Positions 41,368-50,956 of a stretch of DNA of 64,000 bases are shown piece by piece. Made by a program: the position numbers and the translations under genes. The stretch comes from Candidatus Omnitrophota bacterium (GTDB lineage: Bacteria > Omnitrophota > Gorgyraeia > Zapsychrales > Zapsychraceae), in the NCBI GenBank assembly GCA_020632515.1, contig JACKFK010000007.1, forward strand, positions 99,607 to 163,606, in the 5' to 3' direction. The notes beneath the pieces were generated by a model. That model did no database searches. It had not been told where the DNA came from and was given only the letters and a program-made list of their open reading frames with translations. Position 1 is the first letter of the stretch; each line of letters opens with the position of its first letter.

Positions 41368-42327
41368 TTACAATCGAACCTTATTAGCCGCTTCAAATAA
41401 AGTACTGATTGATTCTTCCGTATGTATTCTTTGAATCGCCTCTGCTAATAAGGAAGCTGTTGAAACCACCTTAATCTTATCAATCTTTTTCTTTTTTGAC
41501 AGAGGAATGCTGTCTGTAATAACAAGCTCTTTTAACGCCTTACAATTTTCTAGTCTACTAATTGCCTCGCCGGAAAGAATACCATGACTAATGGCGGCAT
41601 AAACCTCTTTTACTCCTTTTGATTGTAACGCTTCTATAGCCTCTACTAAAGAGCCTGCTGTCGCAACAATATCATCAACTAAAACAGCATTCTTTCCCTT
41701 AACATCTCCTAAAATATGCATTACTACAGTCTTTTCTGGATTATCCCGCCGTTTATCGACAATAGCTAATGAAGCTCCTAGAATTTTTGAATACGCCCGA
41801 GCCATTTTAATCCCGCCGACATCAGGAGAAACAACGACTAAATTCTTCATGTTTTTTTGTTTAAAATATTCACATAAAACATTAATCGCGTAAAGATGAT
41901 CCACAGGAATATCAAAAAAACCCTGAATCTGATTAGCGTGTAAATCCATTGTCAATACACGTGATGCACCGGCAGCGACAACCAAATTCGCAACCAACTT
42001 AGCTGTAATAGGAACACGCGGCTGATCTTTACGGTCTTGTCGAGCATAACCATAATAAGGTAAAACAGCAGTAATTCGATCAGCAGAAGCCCGTCTGGCC
42101 GCATCAATCATAATCAGTAATTCCATGATATTATCATTGGTCGGCGGACATGTCGGCTGGATAATAAAAATATCTTTACCTCGGATATTTTCTTTAATCT
42201 CAACTCTTATTTCACCTTCGCTGAATCGTCCAACAAGCACATCTGTCAAAGAAACATTCAATTGATCACATATATCTTTAGCCAATTGAGGATTGGCGTT
42301 ACCTGTGAATATTGCTAAACCGTTCAT
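41368..42327 (-). CDS. prs: Ribose-phosphate pyrophosphokinase.
   Basis: PRPP-binding motif VLVDDIVATAGSL. 319 aa. Confidence 0.9.
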   Translation of the reverse strand: MNGLAIFTGNANPQLAKDICDQLNVSLTDVLVGRFSEGEIRVEIKENIRGKDIFIIQPTCPPTNDNIMELLIMIDAARRASADRITAVLPYYGYARQDRKDQPRVPITAKLVANLVVAAGASRVLTMDLHANQIQGFFDIPVDHLYAINVLCEYFKQKNMKNLVVVSPDVGGIKMARAYSKILGASLAIVDKRRDNPEKTVVMHILGDVKGKNAVLVDDIVATAGSLVEAIEALQSKGVKEVYAAISHGILSGEAISRLENCKALKELVITDSIPLSKKKKIDKIKVVSTASLLAEAIQRIHTEESISTLFEAANKVRL

Positions 42328-42440
42328 AACTTATTTTTAATCAAAAAGGGTTAAAAAGTGATTTATAAAAATACCACAAGATTAAAAAAAATTCAAATAC
42401 ACTTTATAAATAACCGAAAAACAAAACAGTTATATAATTA

Positions 42441-43700
42441 TTATTTTTTCTTTTTAGAGATGACTTTGGCAGGTACTCCGACGGCAATACTGCTATCGGG
42501 TATTGATTTACCTTTAGTCACAACGCTCCCCGCACCTATATATGCATTTTTTCCAACTCTTACCGGTGCTATTAAAACAGAATCTGATCCAACAAAAGCT
42601 CCATCTGATATTTTTGTAACATTCTTGGCTTGACCATCATAGTTAGCCGTAACCGCGCCTGCTCCGATGTTAACATTAGCACCGACGAGACTGTCTCCCA
42701 AATACCCAAAATGTTTCATAATTGTATTTGGCCCGACCTTCGATCTCGAGACTTCCGTAAAATTTCCTAATTGAACATGATCAGCTATCTTTGATCCCGA
42801 CCGAATCCGACAAAAAGGACCAACAGCACATTTTTTTCCAATTGTTACATCTTTTTCAATGACAGTAAAAGGTCGGATAACAGTATCTTCTCCAATTTTA
42901 ACACCGCCATCAATAAATGTTGTTTTAGGGTCAATAATCGTCACACCTGACAGCATTAATTCCTTAAGAATTCTTTGACGAAGAATTCCTTCCGCAACAG
43001 CTAAATCATTACGCGTATTGATTCCTAAACCTTCAGTCGAGTCTTCCGTTTCTACCGATTCAATCTTAACTTTATTTTCGTAGAAGATTTCAATAATATC
43101 TGTTAAATAAAATTCTTTCTTTTTAGGATTAAGCTTTATTTGTTTTAAAGCCTTAAATAAATCCGCGCTTTTAAAACAATACACCCCGACATTTATTTCT
43201 GCAATCTCTCTTTCATACCCAACCGCATCTTTATCTTCACGAATCGCCACAACATCGCCGGAATCACCTCGGATAATTCGTCCGTATCCATCAGGATTAT
43301 GAACAACTGCCGTTAAAAATGTACAAACTGCATTCGTTTTTTTATGTTTCCTAAGAATATTTTTAATGACAGATTTCCGCAATAACGGTGTATCTCCACA
43401 AAGTATTAAAACATCACCTTTGTAATTATTCAGTTGTTTTTCAACACACCGTACAGCATCTGCTGTCCCTAATAGTTTCTGCTGTTCAACTGTATAAATA
43501 TCCGTTCCTAAATATTCCCGAACCTGAGAGCTCCCATGTCCTAGAACAGCGTAAATTTTCTTAGACCCAACTTCTTTAGCAACATCAAGAACATACTGGA
43601 TAATAGGCTCACCGCAGACGGTATGCAGAACTTTTGGAGTAGATGACTTCATTCGAGTCCCTTTACCCGCCGCTAAAATAATCGCTCTAATCTCCTTCAT
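42441..43700 (-). CDS. glmU: Bifunctional GlmU (uridylyltransferase / acetyltransferase).
   Basis: N-terminal AIILAAGKGTRMKS nucleotidyltransferase domain plus a C-terminal LbH acetyltransferase domain. 419 aa. Confidence 0.85.
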   Translation of the reverse strand: MKEIRAIILAAGKGTRMKSSTPKVLHTVCGEPIIQYVLDVAKEVGSKKIYAVLGHGSSQVREYLGTDIYTVEQQKLLGTADAVRCVEKQLNNYKGDVLILCGDTPLLRKSVIKNILRKHKKTNAVCTFLTAVVHNPDGYGRIIRGDSGDVVAIREDKDAVGYEREIAEINVGVYCFKSADLFKALKQIKLNPKKKEFYLTDIIEIFYENKVKIESVETEDSTEGLGINTRNDLAVAEGILRQRILKELMLSGVTIIDPKTTFIDGGVKIGEDTVIRPFTVIEKDVTIGKKCAVGPFCRIRSGSKIADHVQLGNFTEVSRSKVGPNTIMKHFGYLGDSLVGANVNIGAGAVTANYDGQAKNVTKISDGAFVGSDSVLIAPVRVGKNAYIGAGSVVTKGKSIPDSSIAVGVPAKVISKKKK

Positions 43701-43793
43701 AACAAAACATCCCCTTCATTAAATATTCCTCAGAAAAACTGAGAGGTATCACGCAACATCATCTTCTATAAATACAAACTTTAAATAAAAACG

Positions 43794-43865
43794 CTGCCCA
43801 GCCAGGACTCGAACCTGGAAAAGCAGATCCAAATTCTGCTGTGTTACCAATTACACCACCGGGCA
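43794..43865 (-). tRNA. tRNA-Gln (anticodon UUG).
   Basis: The reverse complement folds as a 72-nt cloverleaf. Acceptor TGCCCGG/CTGGGCA, D-arm GTGT-AATTGGTA-ACAC, anticodon stem GCAGA/TCTGC with loop ATTTGGA (anticodon TTG), and T-arm CCAGG-TTCGAGT-CCTGG. CCA is not encoded. Confidence 0.8.
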
Positions 43866-43925
43866 AAAATTCTGAAATACCCCCGCTTCAAATGCCGCTA
43901 AAGAAATAGTGTTTACCCGACGTCA

Positions 43926-44324
43926 TTAATCATCATAGGAATGACTGGTATCACTTGACTGTGCATTTTCTTTTTCGAAGGCTTCTAAAATCTTTAATTG
44001 CAAATACTCGCGAAATTCTTGAGTAATCGGGTGAGCTATGTCTCTATGTTCAAGTTTCGCATCAGAGACTTTTTCTGCTTCAGTTCTCGATAATACCCCA
44101 CCGCATTGATTACAATATTTACTGCCCACTTCATTCTTAAAACTACACTTAGGACATGCTGTTTTCATTTTCCTCGACGGCATGGCAATAAATAATCCGC
44201 TAGAGCCTTGAATAACTTTAATGTTTCTGACAACAAATACATTATCAAAAGTTACGGTTGTATAGGCTTTTAACTTTTTATCTTGCCCTTCCTTAGGAAA
44301 AATCCGTATCTCAGTAATTTCCAT
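43926..44324 (-). CDS. spoVG: SpoVG-family protein with an inserted zinc-ribbon.
   Basis: MEITEIRIF...VVRNIKVIQGSSGLFIAMPSRK and ...HRDIAHPI match the SpoVG core. About 30 aa carrying CPKC...CNQC is inserted between them. Confidence 0.8.
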   Translation of the reverse strand: MEITEIRIFPKEGQDKKLKAYTTVTFDNVFVVRNIKVIQGSSGLFIAMPSRKMKTACPKCSFKNEVGSKYCNQCGGVLSRTEAEKVSDAKLEHRDIAHPITQEFREYLQLKILEAFEKENAQSSDTSHSYDD

Positions 44325-44380
44325 TCCTAAGCTCCTTCCTTTTCATCGACGGTATTAATAAAAATATACTTGTCGATTCT

Positions 44381-45325
44381 TCATAGAGTCCTAACGACAA
44401 ATACTTGCGAATATTTTTTGGATAATATTGCTGCCGCATTAATCGCTTCTTCCCTTGAGGAAGTAATTCCATATACCGAGGGGCCGCTACCAGAAAGCAT
44501 AACCCCTTGAATATTCAAAGATTTTAATCTCTGCTTTAAGAATTTTATTCTGGGACAAAAACCTTCAACTACAGGTTGTAAGTCATTTGTCAAGTAACGA
44601 GTTATCTCTAAGGTGTTCTCACGCTTCAAATTGTGAATAAGGATATTAGCATTATCAACTGTCTTTGTCAACAAATTCGTAAGGACTCTATTTTTTTGAC
44701 ATTTCGCTATTTCTATACGCCCCTTACTGATATAAAACTCAGCTCCAAACTCCTGGGGCTTTAATTTCAACCCTTGATAAACTTTTGGCGTACGCATTTT
44801 GACCTTGGGAACAACTAAAATATGCCAAAGTTTTGCTTTAATCGGCAGCTTAGAAACCAATTCTCCCCTTTGCACTCCTACTCCCCAAGGATGTTGCATT
44901 AAGAAAAAAGCCACATCACTGCCAATTTGCCCTGCTAAAACCTGTTTTTCCCTTAAATTCAGCTTAATTTTCCAAATCTTTGTTAACCCCTCAATAGCCG
45001 TCGCCGCATTACTTGACCCCCCTGCCAGTCCAGCCGCAACAGGAATACGCTTATTAATAACAACCTTAACTCCCTGCTTAACTTGATATTTCTTTTGTAA
45101 AATAATGGCCACTTTATGGATGAGATTACTTGACCCGAGAGGAACATGCGGATGATTACATTGAATCTGAATTTTACCTGTATTTGTTGCCTTAAACTGA
45201 ATTTCATCAAACAAATTAATACGCTCAAAAATAGTAACAATATTATGAAATCCGTCTATACGTTTATTTTGAATTTTCAAAAATAAATTGAGTTTAGCAA
45301 AAGATCGAAGAATGATTTGATTCAT
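44381..45325 (-). CDS. ispE: 4-diphosphocytidyl-2-C-methyl-D-erythritol kinase.
   Basis: GHMP kinase motif PVAAGLAGGSSNAA. 314 aa. Confidence 0.85.
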   Translation of the reverse strand: MNQIILRSFAKLNLFLKIQNKRIDGFHNIVTIFERINLFDEIQFKATNTGKIQIQCNHPHVPLGSSNLIHKVAIILQKKYQVKQGVKVVINKRIPVAAGLAGGSSNAATAIEGLTKIWKIKLNLREKQVLAGQIGSDVAFFLMQHPWGVGVQRGELVSKLPIKAKLWHILVVPKVKMRTPKVYQGLKLKPQEFGAEFYISKGRIEIAKCQKNRVLTNLLTKTVDNANILIHNLKRENTLEITRYLTNDLQPVVEGFCPRIKFLKQRLKSLNIQGVMLSGSGPSVYGITSSREEAINAAAILSKKYSQVFVVRTL

Positions 45326-45423
45326 AAACTATGTTTTGACCAAACTAATTTTAGAAATGATTATTCTATTCTTGCAGAAGATTTTATTAACAGCAGATTC
45401 AAAACTTAAAGAAGGTAACATCT

Positions 45424-46470
45424 TTAACGACTGGCTTGAGAATTCTTAACTTCATTAATTTTTCGTTCAAGGTCTTCCTGATCCGGTTGAAGCTCTAATG
45501 ACAATTTCCAATATTTAACCGCATTCTCTATCGAATTTAATTTAAGATAGACATCACCCATATGATGATAGATTACAGGATCCTTCAAATACTCATCAGC
45601 ATTTTTGAAAACTTTTAAAGCATCTTCATATCTGCCTTGTTTATAATGCACCCATCCGAGACTATCCAAATAAGCGCCATTATTAGGACTAATTTCCAAA
45701 GCGCGTTGAATTAAGTCTTCCGCCTCATCCAAATTCATACCGCGCTCTGCATAGATATACCCTAAAGTATTTAAACTACCGTCGTGGTTCGGATCAATTT
45801 CAATAGATTGTTTAAGCAAATCAATAGACCGGTCATTTTTATCAACTTCTAAATATAACGATCCTAATAAATACATTACATCTGGATTATCAGGTTCAAT
45901 CTCAAGAATTTTTTCAAACTGCGTAATTGCCTGATCATATTTCTTCTGCGAATAATACAATTGACCCAGATAACTATAAATTTCAATATTCTGCGGTTCC
46001 GCCTTAGAGAATTTCTTCAAAATATATTCATATTCCTCAGCTGCTTTGTCATATTCCCGCTGAGTAGAATAAATTAAAGCCAAAAGATAATGGGATTGTA
46101 ATTCTTCAGGATTATATTGATCAACTAATTTAAGCGAAGCGATGGCTTCGCTTAACATATTTAAACGGGCATAATCTACACCAGCTCTTAAATAAATCAA
46201 ATAACTGGATTCATCATATTGCGCAGCCGATTCATATTCCAGAATAGCCCGATTAAACAGACCTAAATTATCGTAGATTTGCCCCATGGCGTAATGTGCA
46301 AGGGCTTTAGAATTGGATACTTTTTCTTCGTAGGCAAAGGCCTGGACATAAGAAACTTTCAGGGAAATAGCAAGAAAGAATAACCCTGAATATAAGAAAA
46401 TTTGCTTTAACTTTAACATGCGCATCGTTTCTCCTAAGATTAAAATTTGAAACTTTGCGTTTCTAAACAC
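45424..46470 (-). CDS. TPR-repeat protein with an N-terminal signal or TM anchor.
   Basis: About 8 tandem TPR units (repeated A..Y..A...Y/L..G...AI..F). Hydrophobic N-terminus. Confidence 0.7.
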   Translation of the reverse strand: MFRNAKFQILILGETMRMLKLKQIFLYSGLFFLAISLKVSYVQAFAYEEKVSNSKALAHYAMGQIYDNLGLFNRAILEYESAAQYDESSYLIYLRAGVDYARLNMLSEAIASLKLVDQYNPEELQSHYLLALIYSTQREYDKAAEEYEYILKKFSKAEPQNIEIYSYLGQLYYSQKKYDQAITQFEKILEIEPDNPDVMYLLGSLYLEVDKNDRSIDLLKQSIEIDPNHDGSLNTLGYIYAERGMNLDEAEDLIQRALEISPNNGAYLDSLGWVHYKQGRYEDALKVFKNADEYLKDPVIYHHMGDVYLKLNSIENAVKYWKLSLELQPDQEDLERKINEVKNSQASR

Positions 46471-46559
46471 TTCAAAACAAATAAGATAAAATTGTTTAGC
46501 TTGCCGAGAATTCTAATACCGCATTACTAAACGTTGTAGTAAGTATACCACAAAATTTT

Positions 46560-46661
46560 TTATTTTGTCTTACGTTTTTTAAGATGTCGCAAAGATTTTC
46601 TTAACTTTTTTCTCTTATGCGTACGTATTTTACGGCTTTTTCTTTTTTTTCCACAAGGCAT
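46560..46661 (-). CDS. Small basic ribosomal protein bS22-like (33 aa), absent from the ORF track.
   Basis: ATG at 46661 to TAA at 46560 translates to MPCGKKRKSRKIRTHKRKKLRKSLRHLKKRKTK. This closely matches the MxxGKKRKRxKMxxHKRKKRLRKxRHKxK pattern of bS22 as I recall it. It has its own AT-rich upstream region and lies between hisG and the TPR gene. Confidence 0.6.
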   Translation of the reverse strand: MPCGKKRKSRKIRTHKRKKLRKSLRHLKKRKTK

Positions 46662-46737
46662 AATTAATTCCTAAGTTATTGAAATTATTATAGATATAAT
46701 ATATTAATAATCGTTTTTTAAATTTATACGCTCAAAC

Positions 46738-47619
46738 TTAATAAATAATTTTATTTAAAGGATACTCTATAATCCCTTGAGCTCCAATACTTTTTAATTT
46801 TGGGATTAAAGTCCGCACAGTCTCTTCATTAATCACAATTTCTACCGCCAACCAATCGGGTTTTGTCAAATTAGACACAGTAGGGTTCTTAAGAGAAGGC
46901 AATAGATTGATAATTTTCTCGAAATTCTTTTTCTCCACATTCATTTTTAACCCGACCATCTTATTAGCCGTGATCGCACCTTTTAACAACATGACAATCT
47001 GATCCATCTTTTCCTTTTTCCATGGATCTTGCAAAGCTGTTTTGTTAGCGATAAATTGTGTCGTTGATTCACAAACAGTTGCGATAATTCGAAGTTTATG
47101 CGCTCTTAAACTGCTTCCTGTTTCGGTTAATTCAACAACCGCATCAACTAACCCGTCAGCAACCTTAGCTTCAGTAGCTCCCCAACTGAATTCGACATCT
47201 GCCTTCACTTTAAATTTCTTTAAATATTGCTTTGTAACATTTACCACTTCCGTTGCAATCCGTTTTCCATTCAGATCTTCTACAGTCTTAATCTTTGAAT
47301 TCTCCGGTACCGCCAAAACCCAACGGACTTTAACTGAACTTTGCTTAGCGTAAATCAGATCTGAAAGCACCGTCACCTTTGATCCATTTTCTAAAACCCA
47401 ATCCGCGCCGGTGATACCACAATCAAGAGCATGCTCCTCGACATAGCGCGACATTTCCTGAGCACGCAATAAAACAGGCTCAATTTCCGCATCATCAATA
47501 GCTGGAAAATAAGATCGTCCAGATACATAAATTTGAAACCCCGCACGTTCAAAAACCTTAACCGTTGCGTCCTGCAAACTACCCTTTGGTAAACCTAACT
47601 TCAATTTCTTCATAATCAA
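46738..47619 (-). CDS. hisG: ATP phosphoribosyltransferase, long form.
   Basis: LPKGSL, GKRIAT and [10 protein letters not shown] motifs plus the C-terminal regulatory domain. About 290 aa. No other his genes are in the window. Confidence 0.85.
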   Translation of the reverse strand: MIMKKLKLGLPKGSLQDATVKVFERAGFQIYVSGRSYFPAIDDAEIEPVLLRAQEMSRYVEEHALDCGITGADWVLENGSKVTVLSDLIYAKQSSVKVRWVLAVPENSKIKTVEDLNGKRIATEVVNVTKQYLKKFKVKADVEFSWGATEAKVADGLVDAVVELTETGSSLRAHKLRIIATVCESTTQFIANKTALQDPWKKEKMDQIVMLLKGAITANKMVGLKMNVEKKNFEKIINLLPSLKNPTVSNLTKPDWLAVEIVINEETVRTLIPKLKSIGAQGIIEYPLNKIIY

Positions 47620-47854
47620 TAATTTCCTTAAATTGTTTTATTACTGAAACTTGCAAAGATATAACTGCTTATTTTATTTGCTTTTACAAAACGAGCAGTT
47701 ATTATAACTATCTTGATATGCATTGTAAAGAGAATATTTGTGATCGACTCTCTTAATAAATAGAAAACGAAATAAAATCTTCTTGTAAAAAATACACGGC
47801 CTGTATATAATCAAATTTTATTTAATTTCATCAATTACAATTTAAAGAAAAATT

Positions 47855-49390
47855 ATGTTAAAAATCTTACGAAAAAAGGGTGTGGCAAAAAAAATTATCT
47901 GGGTCATCGCGGTTATTATCATTATTTCCTTTGGCTTTCTAGGTACAGCGTATTTATTAACCGGCAACTCCGATTCCTATGCAGGACGTATCTTTGGCAA
48001 GAAAATATCGCTCCAAGAGTACGACCGCATTTATCAACATATAAGAATTCAAGCTATTATGCGTTTTGGCGATAAATTCAATGAAGTTCGCCAATTTTTA
48101 AATTTGGATGCAGACACCTGGGATAGAATTATCCTCCTTCATGAAGCCAACAAACGAAGAATTAAAATCAAGAATGAAGAAATTGTAAAGACGATTGAAT
48201 CTTACGGCTTTTTCCAAAGAGACGGGCAATTTGACACCCTTCTCTATAATGATATTCTTCGTTTTGTTTTTAGAGTAAAACCGCGGGAATTTGAAGAAAG
48301 CATCCGTGATACTCTTAAACTTGCTAAACTGCTCGACCTAGAAGCCACTGATATTGATATTGATGAAAATGTCATTAAAGAAGCCTTTAACACCCAAAAT
48401 GAAAAAGTACAAATCAGTTATGTACTAATTGCTCCGGAAAAATTCACTAAAGATATCTCTATCCCGGAAGAGCAGGTATCTGCGTATTACGAAAATCATA
48501 AAGAAGAATTCCGCACGCCGCCCATGACCAATGTGGAATATATTCAACTTGATGTTCCGCCGGATACAGACACCCCGGAAGATTCTCCAGAAAATACAAA
48601 TGAACTAGAAAACACCGACACTCTGACACGAGAAGAAAAACTTCAACAAGCTAGGGAAAAAGCACAGACTATATATGAACAGCTTGCGGTCAACCCAGAT
48701 ATTCATGCGGCTGCGAAGGAACATAATCTAACCGTCCAATCCAGCGGCCTTTTCAGCTTAGAGCAACCCAACCTTTCTCTTGGCTGGTCATTTGAAATTA
48801 TTAAAGATATCTTTGAACTTCAACCTAATCAAATCGCAGGTCCATTTGAAACTCCAAACGGAATTCAACTAATTGTCGGCAAAGAAAAAAAAGATGCCTA
48901 CATTCCGCCTCTTGAGGAAGCCAAATTTCAAGTTTTAGAAGCGATATTAAAAGAAGAAAGTCGTAAGATCGCCCAACAAAAAGGGCAGGAATATTTAAAA
49001 TTAATTAAAGAAGAAGTCGCTAAAACAGAATTGAAAGACTTCACGCAAGCGGCTAAGAATCTTAATCTTGAGATCGCGCAAACTCCTTTGTTTATCCGCG
49101 GGCAGTATTTACCAAAAATTGGTATCTCCAAAGAATTTCAAGACACCGCCTTCGCATTAACTGAAGATAACAATCTCAGCGATGTCATTGAAATTACCAA
49201 TGGATTTTGTATTTTACATTTAGATTCTTATTTGGCAGCGGATGAAAACCAATATGCTGAGCAAAGAGAAGAAATTAAGACTAAGCTCCTGGAAGAAAAA
49301 AAGAACACAAGGTTTAACGACTTCTTAACAAGACTGCGTATTAGGGCCAACCTGGAAGACAATATCAGCAAATTGCAAGAATCAAATTAA
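47855..49390 (+). CDS. Membrane-anchored periplasmic chaperone of the PpiD/SurA family.
   Basis: N-terminal TM helix (IIWVIAVIIIISFGFLG), a SurA-N-like helical domain and a degenerate parvulin-like region. 511 aa. Confidence 0.6.
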   Translation: MLKILRKKGVAKKIIWVIAVIIIISFGFLGTAYLLTGNSDSYAGRIFGKKISLQEYDRIYQHIRIQAIMRFGDKFNEVRQFLNLDADTWDRIILLHEANKRRIKIKNEEIVKTIESYGFFQRDGQFDTLLYNDILRFVFRVKPREFEESIRDTLKLAKLLDLEATDIDIDENVIKEAFNTQNEKVQISYVLIAPEKFTKDISIPEEQVSAYYENHKEEFRTPPMTNVEYIQLDVPPDTDTPEDSPENTNELENTDTLTREEKLQQAREKAQTIYEQLAVNPDIHAAAKEHNLTVQSSGLFSLEQPNLSLGWSFEIIKDIFELQPNQIAGPFETPNGIQLIVGKEKKDAYIPPLEEAKFQVLEAILKEESRKIAQQKGQEYLKLIKEEVAKTELKDFTQAAKNLNLEIAQTPLFIRGQYLPKIGISKEFQDTAFALTEDNNLSDVIEITNGFCILHLDSYLAADENQYAEQREEIKTKLLEEKKNTRFNDFLTRLRIRANLEDNISKLQESN

Positions 49391-49398
49391 CAAACAGA

Positions 49399-49899
49399 TT
49401 ATGAAGAAAGAATTTCTTCATAATTTTCTGGTATCGAGTGTTCTACCGCTTTAATAAGACCTTCTTTATTAATAAAGAAGAATGTCGGCAAACCAACCAA
49501 ACCATAATCCTCTGATAAAGCTGATTCTTGATCTAAAATTACGTCTAATTGAATCTTATTCTTTTCTACATATTTTTGGACCAACTCCGGTTTTTCTCCC
49601 AAATCAATCAAAACAACTTTAATGCCTTTTTCTTGCATCTCTCCATTCATTGCATTGAGTTCTTTTAACTGTTCCCGGCAATGCGGACACCATGTGGCCC
49701 AGAAAAAAACAATCGCTGAACTATCGCCTCGAGCTGTGGACAAACTAGTTTTTTTTCCAGATAACGTCGGCAATTCAAATTCTGGAGCTTTTTCATTGAT
49801 CAACGGATTATCAAAAAAGAAAAACTGTGCTCCAGCCTTAGGAATAAATGCAACAAATGTCAATGTCATTACAAAAATTGTGTATATTAGTTTCTTCAT
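49399..49899 (-). CDS. Thiol:disulfide oxidoreductase of the TlpA/ResA thioredoxin family.
   Basis: Signal peptide plus the WATWCPHC active site. 166 aa. Confidence 0.8.
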   Translation of the reverse strand: MKKLIYTIFVMTLTFVAFIPKAGAQFFFFDNPLINEKAPEFELPTLSGKKTSLSTARGDSSAIVFFWATWCPHCREQLKELNAMNGEMQEKGIKVVLIDLGEKPELVQKYVEKNKIQLDVILDQESALSEDYGLVGLPTFFFINKEGLIKAVEHSIPENYEEILSS

Positions 49900-49912
49900 T
49901 TCAAATTCTCCT

Positions 49913-50224
49913 TTAAATAACTGAATCCTTAATCCAATTTAAATACTCCAAACTACCTTCAACAATGGGTAAAGCAATAATTTCCGGAGTCTGATAACTA
50001 TGCAATTGCTTTACTTTATTTTGAACCTTCTCCCATAGATCTTTTTTAGTTTTGATCACTAAAAGAACTTCTTCACTCGCATCAATTTTATTATCCCACC
50101 AGAAAAAAGATTGCACTTTAGGAATAATATTACAACACGCCACCAATTTATCTTCTAATAATCCTGTGGAAATTCTCTGCCCTTCATCCTGATCTTTAGC
50201 GGTTATTAATATAACAATATACAT
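49913..50224 (-). CDS. cutA: Divalent-cation tolerance protein CutA.
   Basis: 103 aa CutA1 fold (VACCNIIPKVQSFFWW...). Confidence 0.8.
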   Translation of the reverse strand: MYIVILITAKDQDEGQRISTGLLEDKLVACCNIIPKVQSFFWWDNKIDASEEVLLVIKTKKDLWEKVQNKVKQLHSYQTPEIIALPIVEGSLEYLNWIKDSVI

Positions 50225-50239
50225 TTATAATTTATTTAA

Positions 50240-50956
50240 TTAATTTTTTAACATCATTAATGAAATCATTCGGCCGGCTTTTGGGCCTTCTCTACGGTAA
50301 GAAAAATAATTATGATCGCAACACGTACAGATGTCAACATCAAAAATCTGCGTCTGCTTCAATCCCAACTGCAAAAGTTGATTCCGGTTCGCAGCGACTA
50401 AATCAAGATGGTAACGCCCATTGAACTTAACAGTTTCTTGAGGAAAGTGTTGAACAAATTCTTCACCAACCTCATAACAGCACTGATGAATGGCCGGCCC
50501 AAAACCAACTTGAATGCGCGCAAGATCAGCATGAAACTGCCTCACCATCATGTCAACCGCCTGCGTCACAATCTTCAATTTTGTCCCCCGCCAGCCAGCA
50601 TGAATAAGCCCAATGCATCCAGCTTCATCAAATAAAAAAACTGGTAAACAATCCGCCGTTCGCACAACCAAAGGAACATTTTTTAAATTGGTGATCCAAC
50701 CATCTGCTTCCTGCAAAGAAGCCTGCGTATATTGTTGAGGAGAGCTTATTGATAAAATCCGGTCTTGATGAACTTGAACAAGATTCACTAATTTCTGAAT
50801 CGGAATATCTGTTTGCTGAAATAGTCGCTCTTTTTGCTCAAGTGTTAATGGCAGCTCTTGCCGCGGGTTATCCATCTTAAGCGTATAATCCATTGTACTA
50901 TCGCTGATGAAAGTGACGACTGTTGGCGGAAAAAATTGTTTAAACAATGGATTCAT
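50240..50956 (-). CDS. pgeF: Purine nucleoside phosphorylase / laccase-domain protein of the YfiH/PgeF family.
   Basis: LIHAGWRGT motif and the conserved His/Cys residues (CTCC...). 238 aa. Confidence 0.8.
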   Translation of the reverse strand: MNPLFKQFFPPTVVTFISDSTMDYTLKMDNPRQELPLTLEQKERLFQQTDIPIQKLVNLVQVHQDRILSISSPQQYTQASLQEADGWITNLKNVPLVVRTADCLPVFLFDEAGCIGLIHAGWRGTKLKIVTQAVDMMVRQFHADLARIQVGFGPAIHQCCYEVGEEFVQHFPQETVKFNGRYHLDLVAANRNQLLQLGLKQTQIFDVDICTCCDHNYFSYRREGPKAGRMISLMMLKN

